From NCBI GenBank assembly GCA_012295275.1, contig CM022667.1:5580001-5644000 (forward strand): DNA of 64,000 bases, written 5' to 3'. Source of the DNA: Chrysomallon squamiferum (taxonomy: Eukaryota > Animalia > Mollusca). Below the pieces are notes generated by a model. The model had not been told where the DNA came from and did not search any database. It saw nothing but the letters and a program-made list of their open reading frames with translations. Shown in pieces: positions 27,822 to 42,023 of this stretch (its first letter is position 1; every line of letters starts with the position of its first letter). Position numbers and translations under genes: made by a program.

Positions 27822-27975
27822 TATACAGTCAAGTGTTCTAGTAGTCTCACCTGTAATTATAATTAAATAGTAATACCAGGTATATCTATTATTTTTAATA
27901 TTACAGTTATTTTACATACTGTGTACTTGTTGTACATACAGTCAAGTGTTGTAGTAGTCTCACCTGTAATTATTA
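27822..27975 (-). repeat. Orphan two-unit copy of the gene-F acceptor minisatellite
   Basis: tacagtcaagtgtt(c/g)tagtagtctcacctgtaattat...ggtatatctattatttttaatattacagttattttacatactgtgtacttgttgtaca matches the units at 63553-64000. Confidence 0.85.
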
Positions 27976-29551
27976 TTGTTATTTTATATTTTTATTCGTT
28001 TTATCTTTTGAAACAGTTTTACATTTCAAGATTTTACCTTTAACTACACTCGCAAGTAAAATGAAGAGGATAACTCCACTGAAATTACTGATAACCATTG
28101 CAACCTAAACAAAAAGGATAAGTAAATAAGTAAATAAATAAATAAACTAACAGTACTATCTGAAATTTAAGAAACTTTATAATAGTTTATAATAGACCAC
28201 GATTTTTTCAAATATATGTTAGTTCACTCAGTATCATATTTGTAGAAAACATATTAGAAAATGAATATCTCTTTAGTGGTTTATCGTTTTAACATTTACT
28301 CCTGTTCCGATAGTATTAAAGAAGATGACATTACGTATACCTAAATTTCATACCCCCATTAACCCCAAAGTATTATGATAAATTACACAAGATACAGATA
28401 TTCCTTTTAAGTTTTTACTCTTTTTTTTTTATCTCTCTCCTTTTGCAAGACACTGTAGTCACAATTCATTATAATCTAAACGGAATGAAACGCTGCTGTC
28501 ACACACTTTTTTCAGGTACCAACATAGCCATATCACAGACTTGAAAATACAAACTACGACTTCTGATAACTTGCAATCGAGTCTACGAGAAACAAACGCA
28601 ATGCTAGGGAGAATCTATGAGAACTGGAATTTATTGATATTTATTTTTTTCAAAATTATCGTTTGAATCAGAGCCCTTCTCGACTGCCTAGTTTTCCTAT
28701 AATTTAATGTTTTCTAAATCAGATTTATTTGTTTACAACATAAATACAAGTCAAAGCTAAAGCAAACTGTTAAGAAATCAGTACAAGAACACATTGTACA
28801 TAATTTATTACGTGGAGAAGTAGTGCTGTAGGGTTACTTTGTAATCTGTTTGTGATTTTGTAGAACATCATGCCAACTTTCCTCTGCTACAATTTCCTAA
28901 TTTATAGCCAGTGTGAATGTCAGGTTTACTACATGTTCTAATTTTACCCACACATTTTGCCCATTTCTCTTCTAATTCCTCATAAGTTTTCATTGAACTT
29001 TTTAAATTATTATAATTTTGATAGGAATTCTTACGTAAAAACGAAAATGAATTGTGATAAAACTTGAATGTTTAGACAAGTAATTAATGAGCATATTCTG
29101 TTCTGTTTATTAATTACTATGCACATTATGTTGTTTTTTTATTTTATTTTAACGTTAGCATATCTATATATAATTCAAATAGTGATATGGTATTTATGCT
29201 TACACAATACATATTACTATTCAGATCAAGGTAAAAAATTAAAAGTATTTGTTTTAGAGATCACATATAAAATCATTCATTTCTCTCCTCTTTCATTCTA
29301 AATGACAGATCACAGATAAGATCACGAAGTGAAATGTAAAAAGAAAAATTCATTTATTTATTTAGTTTATTTTAGTTTATTTTTCTCTTTTTATTACACT
29401 GTTATTTTGTTATTATTATTTCTATCACAAACTGTTCTGTCAATTATTGTAGTACTGTAATAGGGTTTGTGAATCTACATAGTAACAACAACACAAAACG
29501 CAATACATAAAGATTCTTTTTATTTGAAATTACATAATAAAGCCGTTTTAC

Positions 29552-29664
<113 letters not shown>

Positions 29665-29841
29665 ATAACCAGGCACAGAGGGAGACATATGTACAATTCA
29701 GGTATTTGTGTAGATGTTACTTAATCTGAAAATATCCTCAAATGTCAGACATTAGTTCAGTGTCATTCACATCACTGTTCTTTTATATAAACTAATATGA
29801 AATACAAGACTCAAACAAAACATCTGAATTCAACCTGTGAC

Positions 29842-32800
29842 TTATGAGTTTTCATAGACAGTGAGCACAGAGTATGGTGAGTCTTTTCTAGCTTCCAGTG
29901 ATGAGTAATTGTTTGTAGTATCCGTGTTTCTGTCAGTATCTGAAAAATAGTCTTGATTACACAGTTACACAGAATATAGTTAGAGTATTAGTCGTAACAA
30001 CGTAAAAAACTAAAACAGGAAGTAAAACAGTTTGTTCTCGCTGTACTTGAGATCGCTAATAATATTCAAAGTAATAACTTATCTGTTGTGTTATTTTATT
30101 TTGTTTGTTTGTTGTTGCTTTTTTAATTCTGACAAAATACACTTCATGAGCAAATTAAAGACAATAAATGTTAATATAAAATATAAACAATGTATACTTC
30201 TACTGATTATTTTCCTTTATTTTAAAAATATCAGCTAAATCATAAAAACAAATGAAGTGTAAATATTTATTATTATTATTATTATTTATTTATTTTTTGT
30301 TGTAGATTTACCACTTTATTCTTCACCACAATTCGTGATCAGATCCTTCATATGTTAGTTATTTAATATTAGAACAATAAAATAAGACTTTGTACTTTAG
30401 GTATGTCTCAGTTATTCTGAAAACAAAGAAAGCAGGCACACAGCATGTCTCTTATTTAACAGGCAGCATCACAGAAACTCTTGAATCTGTTACACTTTGT
30501 ATTTACATACTGACCTTGATTTTGTTGAAGATCATCATAGAGAGAAGATTCCTGTACTCCAGTGTTAATCTGTCTGAAACAAACAAAACATAGAGAACTC
30601 GAGAATAATTGAATTTTGGTTTATTTAATCTATTTCACATATGTGTGTTTATGTACGTGCATGAATACCTATGTGTTTATAGTTTTTCGTCCGTAATAAT
30701 TTTCTTTTCCAAATACCCTTTTGACTAATTAGCATAATATCTATTTTTCAGTTAAAAGGAAAACGACTTAAACATTGTTTTTCTATTTCTTCCTCACATT
30801 TTCATAGCTTACCTTGATGTGTACGTGTTCTCACTCTTAGACTTTTCTAAAATAAAAATAAATATTAGAAATGTGAAATAACTCTTATTATTAATATTTG
30901 TTTATATATGATAAACAAAATTTTTAATATTCAAAATATTGAGAGCACGAAGCAAGAAACATTATTCATTATTTGTTATAATAATTTGTTCAGTGTACTT
31001 GTAAATTTACCTTTTCTCTTCCAGCAGGAAAAGAAAACAATTGCCCCTATGAAAAGTTCTATTCCCAGTACTATTCCAATTCCAATACCAATTCCTGTTC
31101 CTAGTAAACTATCTTTTTCTTGCGAAAATTCTGAAGATTAAATAAATGAAAAAGAACGTGAAAATATCCTGTAAAACACACAGCAAGTTGGTTTCAGATA
31201 TTACGTTTTCATTTTAACTATCTATTAATCTGTGTTTGAGTGTGTGTATATATATATATATAGATAGATAGATAGATAGAAAGAGATAAATATATAGATA
31301 GATAGATACACAACAGCATATTAGACATATACTGTGTTAGCTGAGATTTACTATGATACAATGCAGATTACGTTTTATATAAACAATTACAAACATTCCA
31401 GTGTAGTTTTTTATTCGCGTTCTAAATTAGTCACTTTTTAAATGAACGTTCTTTGTTGCACGAATCACTTCAAAAACATAACTTCACGTTGTTGTATTTT
31501 TACCATAGATGAAAAGATGCTGTTCATTCGTTGAGGTTTTGAAACCAAATTTGTTAAAAGCCAAAACTCGAATCAGATATCTGGAGTTTGGTTGTAAACT
31601 AGAAATCTCTGCTGTGTGATTTGTGTGAAGACCTTTTTCACCAAACTGCTGAGTGAGATTTGTCCACTCAGATGTTGTGTCTGCTCGATACTGTACAAGA
31701 AATGTTTGTTGTGATCCTGCATTAAATTCTTCTGTCCAAGACACTGACACTGAATGTGGACCAGTACTCCAAATTCTCACGTCAGATGGAACATTTGGAG
31801 GACCTTCAAGTTGAAAGCGTTACAAAATAGTGAAAAACAAAAAGTAGTGAACAATGAATTTTGTTTAAACGCTATTGATATTATGCAATATCTATCTATC
31901 TGCCTATTTTCAAATAAGGATATACATAATGATCAGCAAATCGGTATTTCAGACAAAATTAAACGATGCCATATTTCAGCACATAATATAAATGAAAACA
32001 ACTGAGACTGTAATACTAGTCTAAGTAGACGAAAAGTGTGTGTGGGATCAATGTTTTTCATTCTAACTTTGTTTATACCTATTTGACTCAGAGATAAATT
32101 CAAAACAAGATCCTTCCTTGAGCCTCCATTTGACACAGAAACCTGATAGATTCCAAAATCTTCTTGTTTAACATTTATCAGTTTATATTCACCTACAGCA
32201 GACACATTTGTTGTGAGTACAGGTTGTGTAGATCCAAGACTTTTATTGTTTACATCTGTGAGTTTATACCAGGTAAATGTTGGGACTGGATTGGCAATCA
32301 CAGAAATGTGTAGAGTTACATTTCCACCTTCTACAGAATCAAATTTGTTCTGAACTGTAACTCGATGATCAAGTCTTGGTGAACCTGTAGGAAATAACTG
32401 TCTTGTTACTAACATACAAATGATAAAATAAAATAAAGTAAATTAAATAATTGTATATAGTGACTTACATTTTTGTGATTTCTTTCAAATAATATGCAAG
32501 TAGTAGATATAATGTTACACCATTACATACATGTAACAAGAAGCTGCACTCTTTGACTGACGTCAGACTTGATGTTGTTTCCTGCTTCACAAGTGTAAAA
32601 TCCTGTATCCAGACATCCAGCTTCATTCCAGCTGTACTCCACTGACTTGGAGTTTTTCACTTCACGTAGAATGTGTGAGTTGTTTAACAGTTTGATGTGA
32701 GATGCTGGATTACTGTCAACTTCACATCTCAGAGTCATGGGAGTCAGCTCATCAACTGTTATCTGTGTAGAATTTGAGTTTAAAGTCAAAGAAGTTATTG

Positions 32801-35800
32801 AAGTCTGATCTGCAACAAGTAAAAACACTGCAATATATTTTGTTAAATACATTTGAACATTAAGTGACGAATATTTTTGCACATACAGTAGTTTTAATCA
32901 TTCATATTGGGTTGTTAACATATCACAACAATTTTTCATATGTAACATGATATGTTTAAAAACAATTTTTTAGAGTTCTCTTGAACGTATATGTATTTAT
33001 TTCAAAAAGCAGAAAACAATTTTACTTTTCACAGATTGTATTTCTGTATTAAAAAAAAAAATCAATTTTTTTAAGGAGACTCTGAATTCCGGTGACATTC
33101 TTGTTGTTTTAACTGTAAACACCAGTGTTTAGCAGACACAGAAGTATGTCGATGTCACACAGTGAAGCAAATTTGAAAGAAAAAGGATCAGCTAATTGAA
33201 ATTATCCATGTTTATAAACAGAATGTTGAAGTCCTTGAAGGAAAAGCATATGCAGTTAATGAATTGATGAAGAATGTTCTAGAGACAATGTAGTTAGAAA
33301 CAGAGTCTACAAGATAACAACTGAAATTCTCCTGTGTAATGTCAGACTGAAATAAAATAAAAATAAAATATCATGTGAACACAACCTGAAAAGAATTATG
33401 TATGTATGTATATATGTACGCATACATTCATGATTGGATGTTTATACAGTCTGAAATAAAGCATAAGTCACTGTTAAATTATTTACATTTAACATATAAT
33501 ACATTTAATTCATCGACTGTTATCTTTGTACACTGAGTCTAAAGTCAAAGATATTACTAAAGCATGATCTGTAACAAATAAAGAATTACTGAAAATAAAA
33601 ATTATGTTTGATAGAAAATTCAGGTAAAACTCAGGTGAACTGATTCATTCTGATGAAGAATTACTGAGCTAAAAGGATGACGTCTGAATTTAAAAATTGT
33701 TATAACTTCCTGTTTGGTATTTTTCTTTCTTCGTATTTTCATTTTACTTTTTTTTTATCTTTGTAATACAACCAGTCTATATTAATTAATTTATTTATTC
33801 ATTTATTTATTACATTTTCTGTGTTTTTAAGTAGGTAAACTGAACATTATCACAATTGTGTATCTCAGATAATATAAAAACATTAAAATAAGTAAAACTA
33901 TTATAAATGTGTTTACATTATGTTTCTGAATTTATTTGATTTTGATAAATCGTTTCGAATTGAATGTTTTGTCACCATTTTCCTGTCTTTATGTTTCTTT
34001 TTATCCAGGTTTTTTCCTTCGTTTTCTTCTTTTTAACTTGTATATATATATATATATTCTTTTTCTTTTGATAAGATTTCCTGCTTTCGTTAATTTTGAG
34101 TTTTTAATGTGTATAAAATACAGTACTTTTATTCAATAACATCATTCATGTCATTATTTATTTCTATCTTTGTTAAACAAATATTACAGTGCAAATATAA
34201 ATCCTGTTTCAAAATCAAATTCTCTGTTTACTTACACTGAACATCCAAGGTAACAGTTTTGTTTTCTGACTTGTTTGTGTTTACATTGGTGACAATACAC
34301 ACAGAAACTCCAGCCTCTGTTCTGTGTATTTGTGTAAAAGAAAGTACAGTATCGTTTATTTCCTTTGTCTGACACTTCCACTTGTAAGAGCAGACTTCAT
34401 CACAGTCTGCCTCACACGAAACAGCCACGTTTTTACCTTCTACTACCTGTACTGGTGAACTTCTGTTCAGTTTAATGTTTTCTGGACCAACTGAAAATAC
34501 CGATAAATTAATTAATAATGATTGCTCTCTGTATTAAAACACTGTACATGAATATGTGTGTGAGGGTGTGTGTTCCCAAAGAAGAGAGAAATGTTTTATT
34601 TAAGGATTATGATGACAAAGAAAAGAAAACAACATACTTTCAAGTGATTCATTTGTGTGTTATTTTTTGTTATTTGTTTTTACCAATTTTAAGTAACAAA
34701 GTAAAATGCATAAAAAGGGTTCAGCTACCAAGGATGTCGTACTGTTATTATTTGTAGCAGAGGAATACTCTATTAGAAAGTGGTCACATTTTATTGCTCT
34801 TTGAAAAATATTTTGTTTTAATGTGTGATCAAACATATTTTCAAGACCTTATATGCATTTCTAAACAAAGACATACGCTAATATCCATTTCTCTAATAAT
34901 CCTATTTTAATACAAATTAAACAAAAATCAGATTATTGCCGCTTGTGCAAATAACCTTGAACGTTTGGTTTTGCTTATGCAACTGTCAGTATGTCATCTT
35001 AATTAAACTCAGATTGTGATGCAAGAAAACTGAAATATGCAAATATTTTGTAACAATATTATTTTTTGTTTTATTTTCCATACAGCTATTACTGGTCATC
35101 TATCAACAGCAACAAAACAACAACAACAACAACAATAATAATATAAAATAATTTGACAACATCCAAAAAATGAATTGAGATCAGTTATAAATAAATAAAT
35201 GTCTAAGATTATTTTTGAATAAAACTCACAGTGTACTTTCAGAGTGAAACTTTTAGTGAGAGATTTGGCTGAGACTCTGTTAGTCACAGTGCATGTGTAC
35301 TTCTGTCCTGTCTGGTTTCTTCTCACATTTGTAACACTGAGCTGAGACCCTGACTCAGTCTGTTGATTGTTAAGAGACCAGGAAAACAAACATGGCGGCT
35401 TGCAGACAGCAACACAGTTTACATTCAAATCATCTCCTTCTTCAATGTTTCCTGGAGAAGTCAAGTCAACACTGTCTGGTCACTCTGAAAATAAACTAAT
35501 AATAATAATAAAAAAAACAAATACTGCTACTACTACTAATATAATTAAGCATGTGATCTTTTAATTTGTAAAGATAACTTCCATTAATGACCATGTGTTA
35601 AGGTGTATATTACATTTACTGATATGTAATATGCATTAGAAAAAACAATTACTGCTTTTGTAACAAAGTAATGTTTTCTAGAACTACGCTATTTTTTTTT
35701 TTTTTTTTCTATGGTGGTTTAACCTGGGACAAAAGTTGCATTAGAAATGCAAGGAAAGACAAAGACTCCAGTCAGAAAACAATATAGGACAAAAGTCTCC

Positions 35801-36572
35801 ATACTGTTTCTCATCTGAACTTTTGAATTGTTTCCATTTTGAATATTTTCAGTTTCATTTTTTGGGAGTGAGAATCTATACATTATTTATTTGTAATCTT
35901 AGTACAAAGTGCTTTTGGAAATTATAGTCAGTTTTCAAAGATACATTATTTCATTATGCTTTGATACAAAAATCCACTGGGGAAGCTTATGTCGTAAAAA
36001 CTATTTATATATATATATGGACACATGCTTGCACACACACACATATATTCTCAGACCTACATCTCCTTTCATGTAGACAATCACAGACAAACAAGATTTT
36101 CAGAATGGCAGATTTTTTGAGCTCGAGCCACAGGTTTGTAGTCAAGAAAAGAAAAAGAAACTATTTCACTGAAAACTAGCACTATTTTTAAATAAGAGAT
36201 TATTATGAAGTAGATCTAATCTTCTGAAATGCACCATTATTTTTCTCATTACTTAAGGTATTTGAACCTAGTAGTTAATAATACAAATTAAACTTGACAC
36301 TAGTATAAACTAAACTATTAATAAACCTAAACTCTGATTATTCTTATGTGTTTGTTTGGTGATCAGCTGTTTTACTCCTGTACAGGTAGTACTTATATTG
36401 TACACCTAAATATTTTTTGATTCTTTAATAAAATAGCAAAATAAATATCAACTATATATGAGCTGATACAATTTTCTTTTCTTCTTTTCTTTGATCTTCT
36501 AACAGTACTTGTAATTTATCAAAGTGGAATTGATATACTAGCGAAAATTTTTTAAAAATTAAGTAATTAATA

Positions 36573-36613
<41 letters not shown>

Positions 36614-39326
36614 TAATAAATAACATTAAAATAATTATAAATAAAAAAAATACTTTTTTCCTTGTTCATTTTATTAAAACTGTACAAAGAAATGTATATT
36701 AACATTGTTCAAAAATATATACAATACAAATGTCCAAATATATGTACATTAACACTGTAGAAAGAAATACATTTTTGCATTACACAGATATATGTATATG
36801 AACATTGTATAAAGATATTTTCATTATAAAGTAACCAATGTATTGGTCATTTCTATTCAAAGCAAACACAAATAGCACATCAAAACAGTACATGACAGTC
36901 TATCATTTTCAATTTTCATAATGCTTATCATAATGATAATAACAACAAACATAATAAACAAATTGTAAAACAAATAACATTAATAAAAAAGTATGACTCT
37001 TTCAACATATTACAATTAATCTAAACTTGTACTGCTAATCAGATACACTAAATTTAATTATTATAATTATCATTCAGTTTCAGGGAATATAGTTAAAGTT
37101 TAATTTTTTTTTATGAATAGATTTTGTTTTCTTGCTATAAATGATATTTTGTTATAAAAATATAATTATTTACTTACTGCTCATTTCTAATCTCAGTGTG
37201 TTATTGGAGATTCCACCAGTATTCAGTTTACAAAACCAGTCTGTGACATCCTGATCTGAAGCTTTGTTAATTGTCAGAGAATACTTCTTAGTGGTTGACA
37301 GTCTGCTGTTTGTCCCATCTCCACACTCTACAGAATAACTTTGTCTGTCAGCTGGAGAACTCCACACAGAACACTGATCTGGTTTCTGTCTCAGTGAACC
37401 AATACTAGAACTGCCACTATTGTTATAAAATGTTATTAAGTCATCAAGGTTTTCAGCACCTGACACTGTACAAGTCAGAGTAAACTGTTTATCTTTGACT
37501 AAATGAGACGAAGATCCAGACAAAGTCAGTGAAACACAATCTGTAAAATAAAAGATAAAATCTTTGTTTTCAGTATATTTTTGTTTCTCTGTTTTTCAGG
37601 TTTTCTTTTTTTACTTTTTAAAATCTTTTAAAAGATTTATTTAATTTTTAATTCTAAGGAGTCTTATTAACATTTTACTACCTATTTTTTTCTTTTTTTT
37701 TTTGCTATATACATATTTTATTTCATGATAATATTATTTTATTTGTAAGTGAAAATGTGATTGTTAAATAGCACATTCTGGTTACTCTTAATAATTTTCC
37801 TTGAACATACAAAGACAAAAATTCACAAGAGATTTAGAATTTGTTTTTCCTAATATAAAGGTATTTTCTAATTAATATATATTTTTTTTATCCGAATGAA
37901 AAGATATGTATGAAACTTAAGACCTTATTTTTAATGTTGTCTTTCACTGAACCAAATCAGAGACATAGATTACAAGTAGAAAGTGAAGTGATCAGAAAGT
38001 AGAGAACTTAAGTTGATGTTACTGACTAACGTAAATTAATTTTAAAAGCAGATGTTTACAATTTATGTTTTAATGGACACTGGTATTTAGTGGGAATAAC
38101 CCAGTGGGTGGGTTGTCCCCCTTCATACAAATTATTTCCTTAAACAAAGTCCTGTTTAAAAAAAATAAAATAATAATAAACAAATAAAATAAAATAAAAT
38201 AAAATAATGTTAACAATAATAATAAAGTAACCCTGGTTTGATATCTAAAATAATCAGATTTCTAGAATCACAGCTGCCACATTTGGAGGACAGATTTCAG
38301 TGAGATTTGCCAGAGTTCAGTTTGTGCACATTTTTGTTTTATTTTGTTTCTTCCTCTTCACCTTTTACAATCTGCCTTAAATATTGTGTTTAAATTATTA
38401 ATTACTCTTTTATTAAAACAAACATTTTTCTATGAATTTAAAACAAAATTAATTCTATCAAACGGAACACATATTCTTTTGAAAAAAAAAAATATACCTA
38501 TTAACATATCACAGTCTAAATTTAGATTTTTGTAAACAAGTCTGAGACAATTATTTTTAATTTTATGTAAAAGATAAACTGAACATAACACGATACAGAG
38601 ACACTGAAACTCATATGTAACTAATTTCTACAGTGTCCTCTCATTTGTCACACATCTGATAACAACACATCTCATACCTGAGTGAACTGCTAACTATATT
38701 GTCTCTACCTAGCACGGAATAATGGACTCATCTTCCTCTAGGTTACAGAGTCAGCTTAGGGAATAATTAAACAAACTCCTACTAACAACTGAACACAAAC
38801 ACTGAACAGACATTATGTTAACATCCATAACATTACACATTCAGACACATAACACCAAGCTAATATGAATGATACATGAAGCTCTAGAGCATATATTAGA
38901 GTGTTACAGTACATATCAGTTTACACATGTGTTAAGTAAAGTTAAATTAATGTTATAGTGGTTGGATTACTTAGTCACTAAGCTGACTAGGGGAGACAAC
39001 CCTTTCTATTGCCTGTGAATATATTTACCCCTAGACTATAGACATTGATAATCAAACAACAATTAAACTTTTATCTGAACTGTGCAATATCTTTAAAACC
39101 TTCTGTTTTAAATAATAATTTTAATATAGACAAATTCTTGACAATTAAGATGAAATAATAAGTAAACTATGTTTTGGTATTAATTATTAAGTCTAATAGA
39201 ATATTAAAAATGGCTTCTATTTTTATAAAGATTTTCTCAGTAAAAATAAATAAATCATCAATGATGATAGACATGAAATTAAACATTCATTTGTTTTTCA
39301 TGTTATTTTAATCTTAAAATAATAAT

Positions 39327-39367
<41 letters not shown>

Positions 39368-39781
39368 CAAAAATTAAAATGTTAAAAGTGTATCAAATCT
39401 TTTATAAATATCAGAAATTTGTACTTATAAATAATTCTTTTCTGCAATTTGTGAATATTTTAAAAATTAATATATAACAATTAATTATTTAATAGCAGAT
39501 AAAATGTTTTTAGCTAAATTATTTTCACAGGCAGAAGTATTAAATGTAATTATGTATTCATAATTTAAAAATTGACCAAAATTATGCCTGGTTGCTAACA
39601 GATGTTGCTTAATCCTACAAAACTGATCATATTTATCTCAAAATTAATAAATGTATCTAAACTGTAATCAAAGAGGAATATGTCAGAATATGTCACAGAT
39701 CAAATCAGATTTTAATTTTTACTTTTCAGAGGAATATCATAAACCTGAAATAATTATAGAATATGTAATTAATAGTGTTAA

Positions 39782-39841
<60 letters not shown>

Positions 39842-40128
39842 GATTATTATTATTATTTTAATGTTAAATTAATTTCCAATTTCACATATTCTACTTTAAT
39901 TCCATACATTAAAAAAATATTAATAATAAAAATAAATAAATAAATAAATTAAGGAAAATGAGGTAGCTACAGTAATTCAGAATAAAACTAAAATAATTTT
40001 CACAGCTGACAAGCAATCGAGACTGAGAGTCAGGAAGTTTTAACAGTTTCTGTAAACTTACCTGAATACGTAACACTGTTCAAGACGAACACCATAAAAA
40101 TCAGTTTCTTATCAACCGTCGAAAACAT
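29842..40128 (-). CDS. Gene C: complete 11-exon IgSF receptor model (SP-V-4xIg-FN3-TM-ITIM/ITAM tail, 711 codons) with an in-frame TGA at the start of exon 3
   Basis: Exons: SP 40062-40128, V 37178-37540, Ig2 35230-35484 (TGA at 35480-35482), Ig3 34236-34490, Ig4 32531-32809, Ig5 32079-32384, FN3 31504-31803, TM 31011-31130, tail 30813-30846 (34 nt), 30515-30573 (59 nt), 29842-29939 (ends TAA). Phases chain correctly (1,1,...,1,2,1). Confidence 0.85.
33506..33570 (-). pseudogene. Relic of an Ig4-type exon start in intron 4 of gene C (second copy at ~48577-48641 in gene E)
   Basis: ttacag|ATCATGCTTTAGTAATATCTTTGACTTTAGACTCAGTGTACAAAGATAACAGTCGATGAATT aligns with the true Ig4 start ATCAGACTTCAATAACTTCTTTGACTTTAAACTCAAAGTCTACAAAGATAACAGTTGATGAACT, with a 2-nt deletion. 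Confidence 0.7.
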
Positions 40129-40206
40129 AGTTTATTAATTATAAATACTGACAAAGTTTTAAATTAAAAATCTCGTTCTCACAACAACAAACGACGTTTT
40201 CTGCTG

Positions 40207-40225
40207 GCAGTTCACTTCCTGGTTT
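40207..40225 (-). promoter_or_regulatory. Conserved ETS/IRF-like element upstream of gene C
   Basis: Same 19-mer as in A, B and E. Confidence 0.5.
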
Positions 40226-41983
40226 GTTTTTGTCAAAATGTATACATCTCTCCGGATTTAGTTAATGCAGTAACATCCGATTTTCCATCTGGAGTTCCTT
40301 GCTTTTTGTAACAGTTACATGCGATCTTTTAATACCAGAGACTAATTCAACGCAAACTGCCACTGTTTACATTACTGAGTATGAAATCTAAAGTATTATC
40401 TGCACTGTGTGTAGTAGTACAAAGGGTTATGGCCCGTGAAGTGTATAAGCGTGTTTAAACTGTCTTAAAGTTAATTTTACGTCCCGGTCCACATTATTCG
40501 CCCTTTGAATTAACTGCAATCAAAAGTACACAACGACCTAATTCTCTTACACAGTTATTAGTGCTAAGAATTTGTTTCACTTAGTGTGACTATTACAAAG
40601 TCGAACGCAACATAATTTTTTCCCCTAATTATTTATGTATTATTTCCATTTTATTTATATATATATATGTATTCTTACTTTATTGTTCTTACTCGTAATG
40701 TAACTTACTTTACAAAAGTGAGCAGGAAAGTATACTCTTCTTTTAGCCGTACCAGGAATGTATAATTAAATTAAGCACAAGACAACTTCTAAACATTTTG
40801 ATTAATTACTAAGTGAACCTGTTGGAAATCAGTATTGATATGAGACAATTGGTTATTCTTCTTTTTACTTACTTTTAAAAGTTAATAATTTATTAGTTAC
40901 TGAATACGAGCGTTATTTCTTTCATAACTGGTCAGTCTTTTTCCAGATTAATGTTTGTAAACAGCTTAGTAAACATCACAGCACCCGAAATGTTACTTTG
41001 ACATATTATGTAGAAATTGTTATAAAATAAAACACTTATAACATAGACATATATATTTAAAGGAGAAATGATTTAATTTGAATATATTATGTTGTTTTTT
41101 TTGTTTGTTTTTTTTCAGCTTAGCACTCAAATAATCTTAGTAGCTCACTTTTCTTCTTTTGTTTTTCTCTTTTCTCGGTGACTGTTAGGAGATTTTCACA
41201 ATTTATGTGATGACTGGGATTGGATAGAAAAGAAATTAACAAACTGACTGAGAACAAAACTTTTATTTGGCTACAATCTCTTTAAACAAATCAAAAACTA
41301 AAACTGCACAGTATTGCTAATAAAGCAAGTATTCAGTTTTGTCTGTTTCAAAATTCAGATCTTGATTTTATATGGTAATCTTTATAAAATTATTGTTATT
41401 CCAGTTATTGGTATTGTTATTATTATTTCGTATTTTTCTTGTTGTTTGTTTTGATTTCGTTTAATATTAATATTAATCCATGAGCTAGACAATTAAAGCT
41501 GAATACCAAACTGGTGAACAGATCCAATGAAGATGTTTTGTTAGTGCAAATATCCGACATTAGCTGACATTTTTGACTGGTAGCGTTTTTCCTACCTACT
41601 TAGTAAATACGAATTTAAAAAATCAGAGTAATAGAAGTAATTTATATTTTTGTGATAAAATTTTAGCTATCTCTGAAATAAAAGTAAAATGAAATGAATG
41701 AAAAGAAAAGAAAAAGAAAAGGGTAAAAAACAAAGAAAAGAAAAAAGTCATAGTAAATGATTTCGGTAAACTAATTCAGTATAGATAAATGATTTCAACA
41801 TATTTTATCTACCAGTGTGTTGTTTCAGGTATTTATTCTGTAAATTAATTATTTGAAAACTGGCATTTCGATATTAAGCTAAACAAGATATTTACCCTCA
41901 TATATATATTAATTTTTCATTTCTTATTTTCATCATCATCAATATGTTTTCTTGAAATAAATTATGGTAATTTAAAAAGAAAA

Positions 41984-42023
<40 letters not shown>

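Noticed and set aside
33261-33329. Possible C/D-box snoRNA (TGATGA...CTGA) on the plus strand, with similar sequence at ~48325 and ~60928
   Set aside because: It is antisense to the host gene, the terminal stem is poor and no rRNA guide was recognised. Conservation is explained by intron paralogy.
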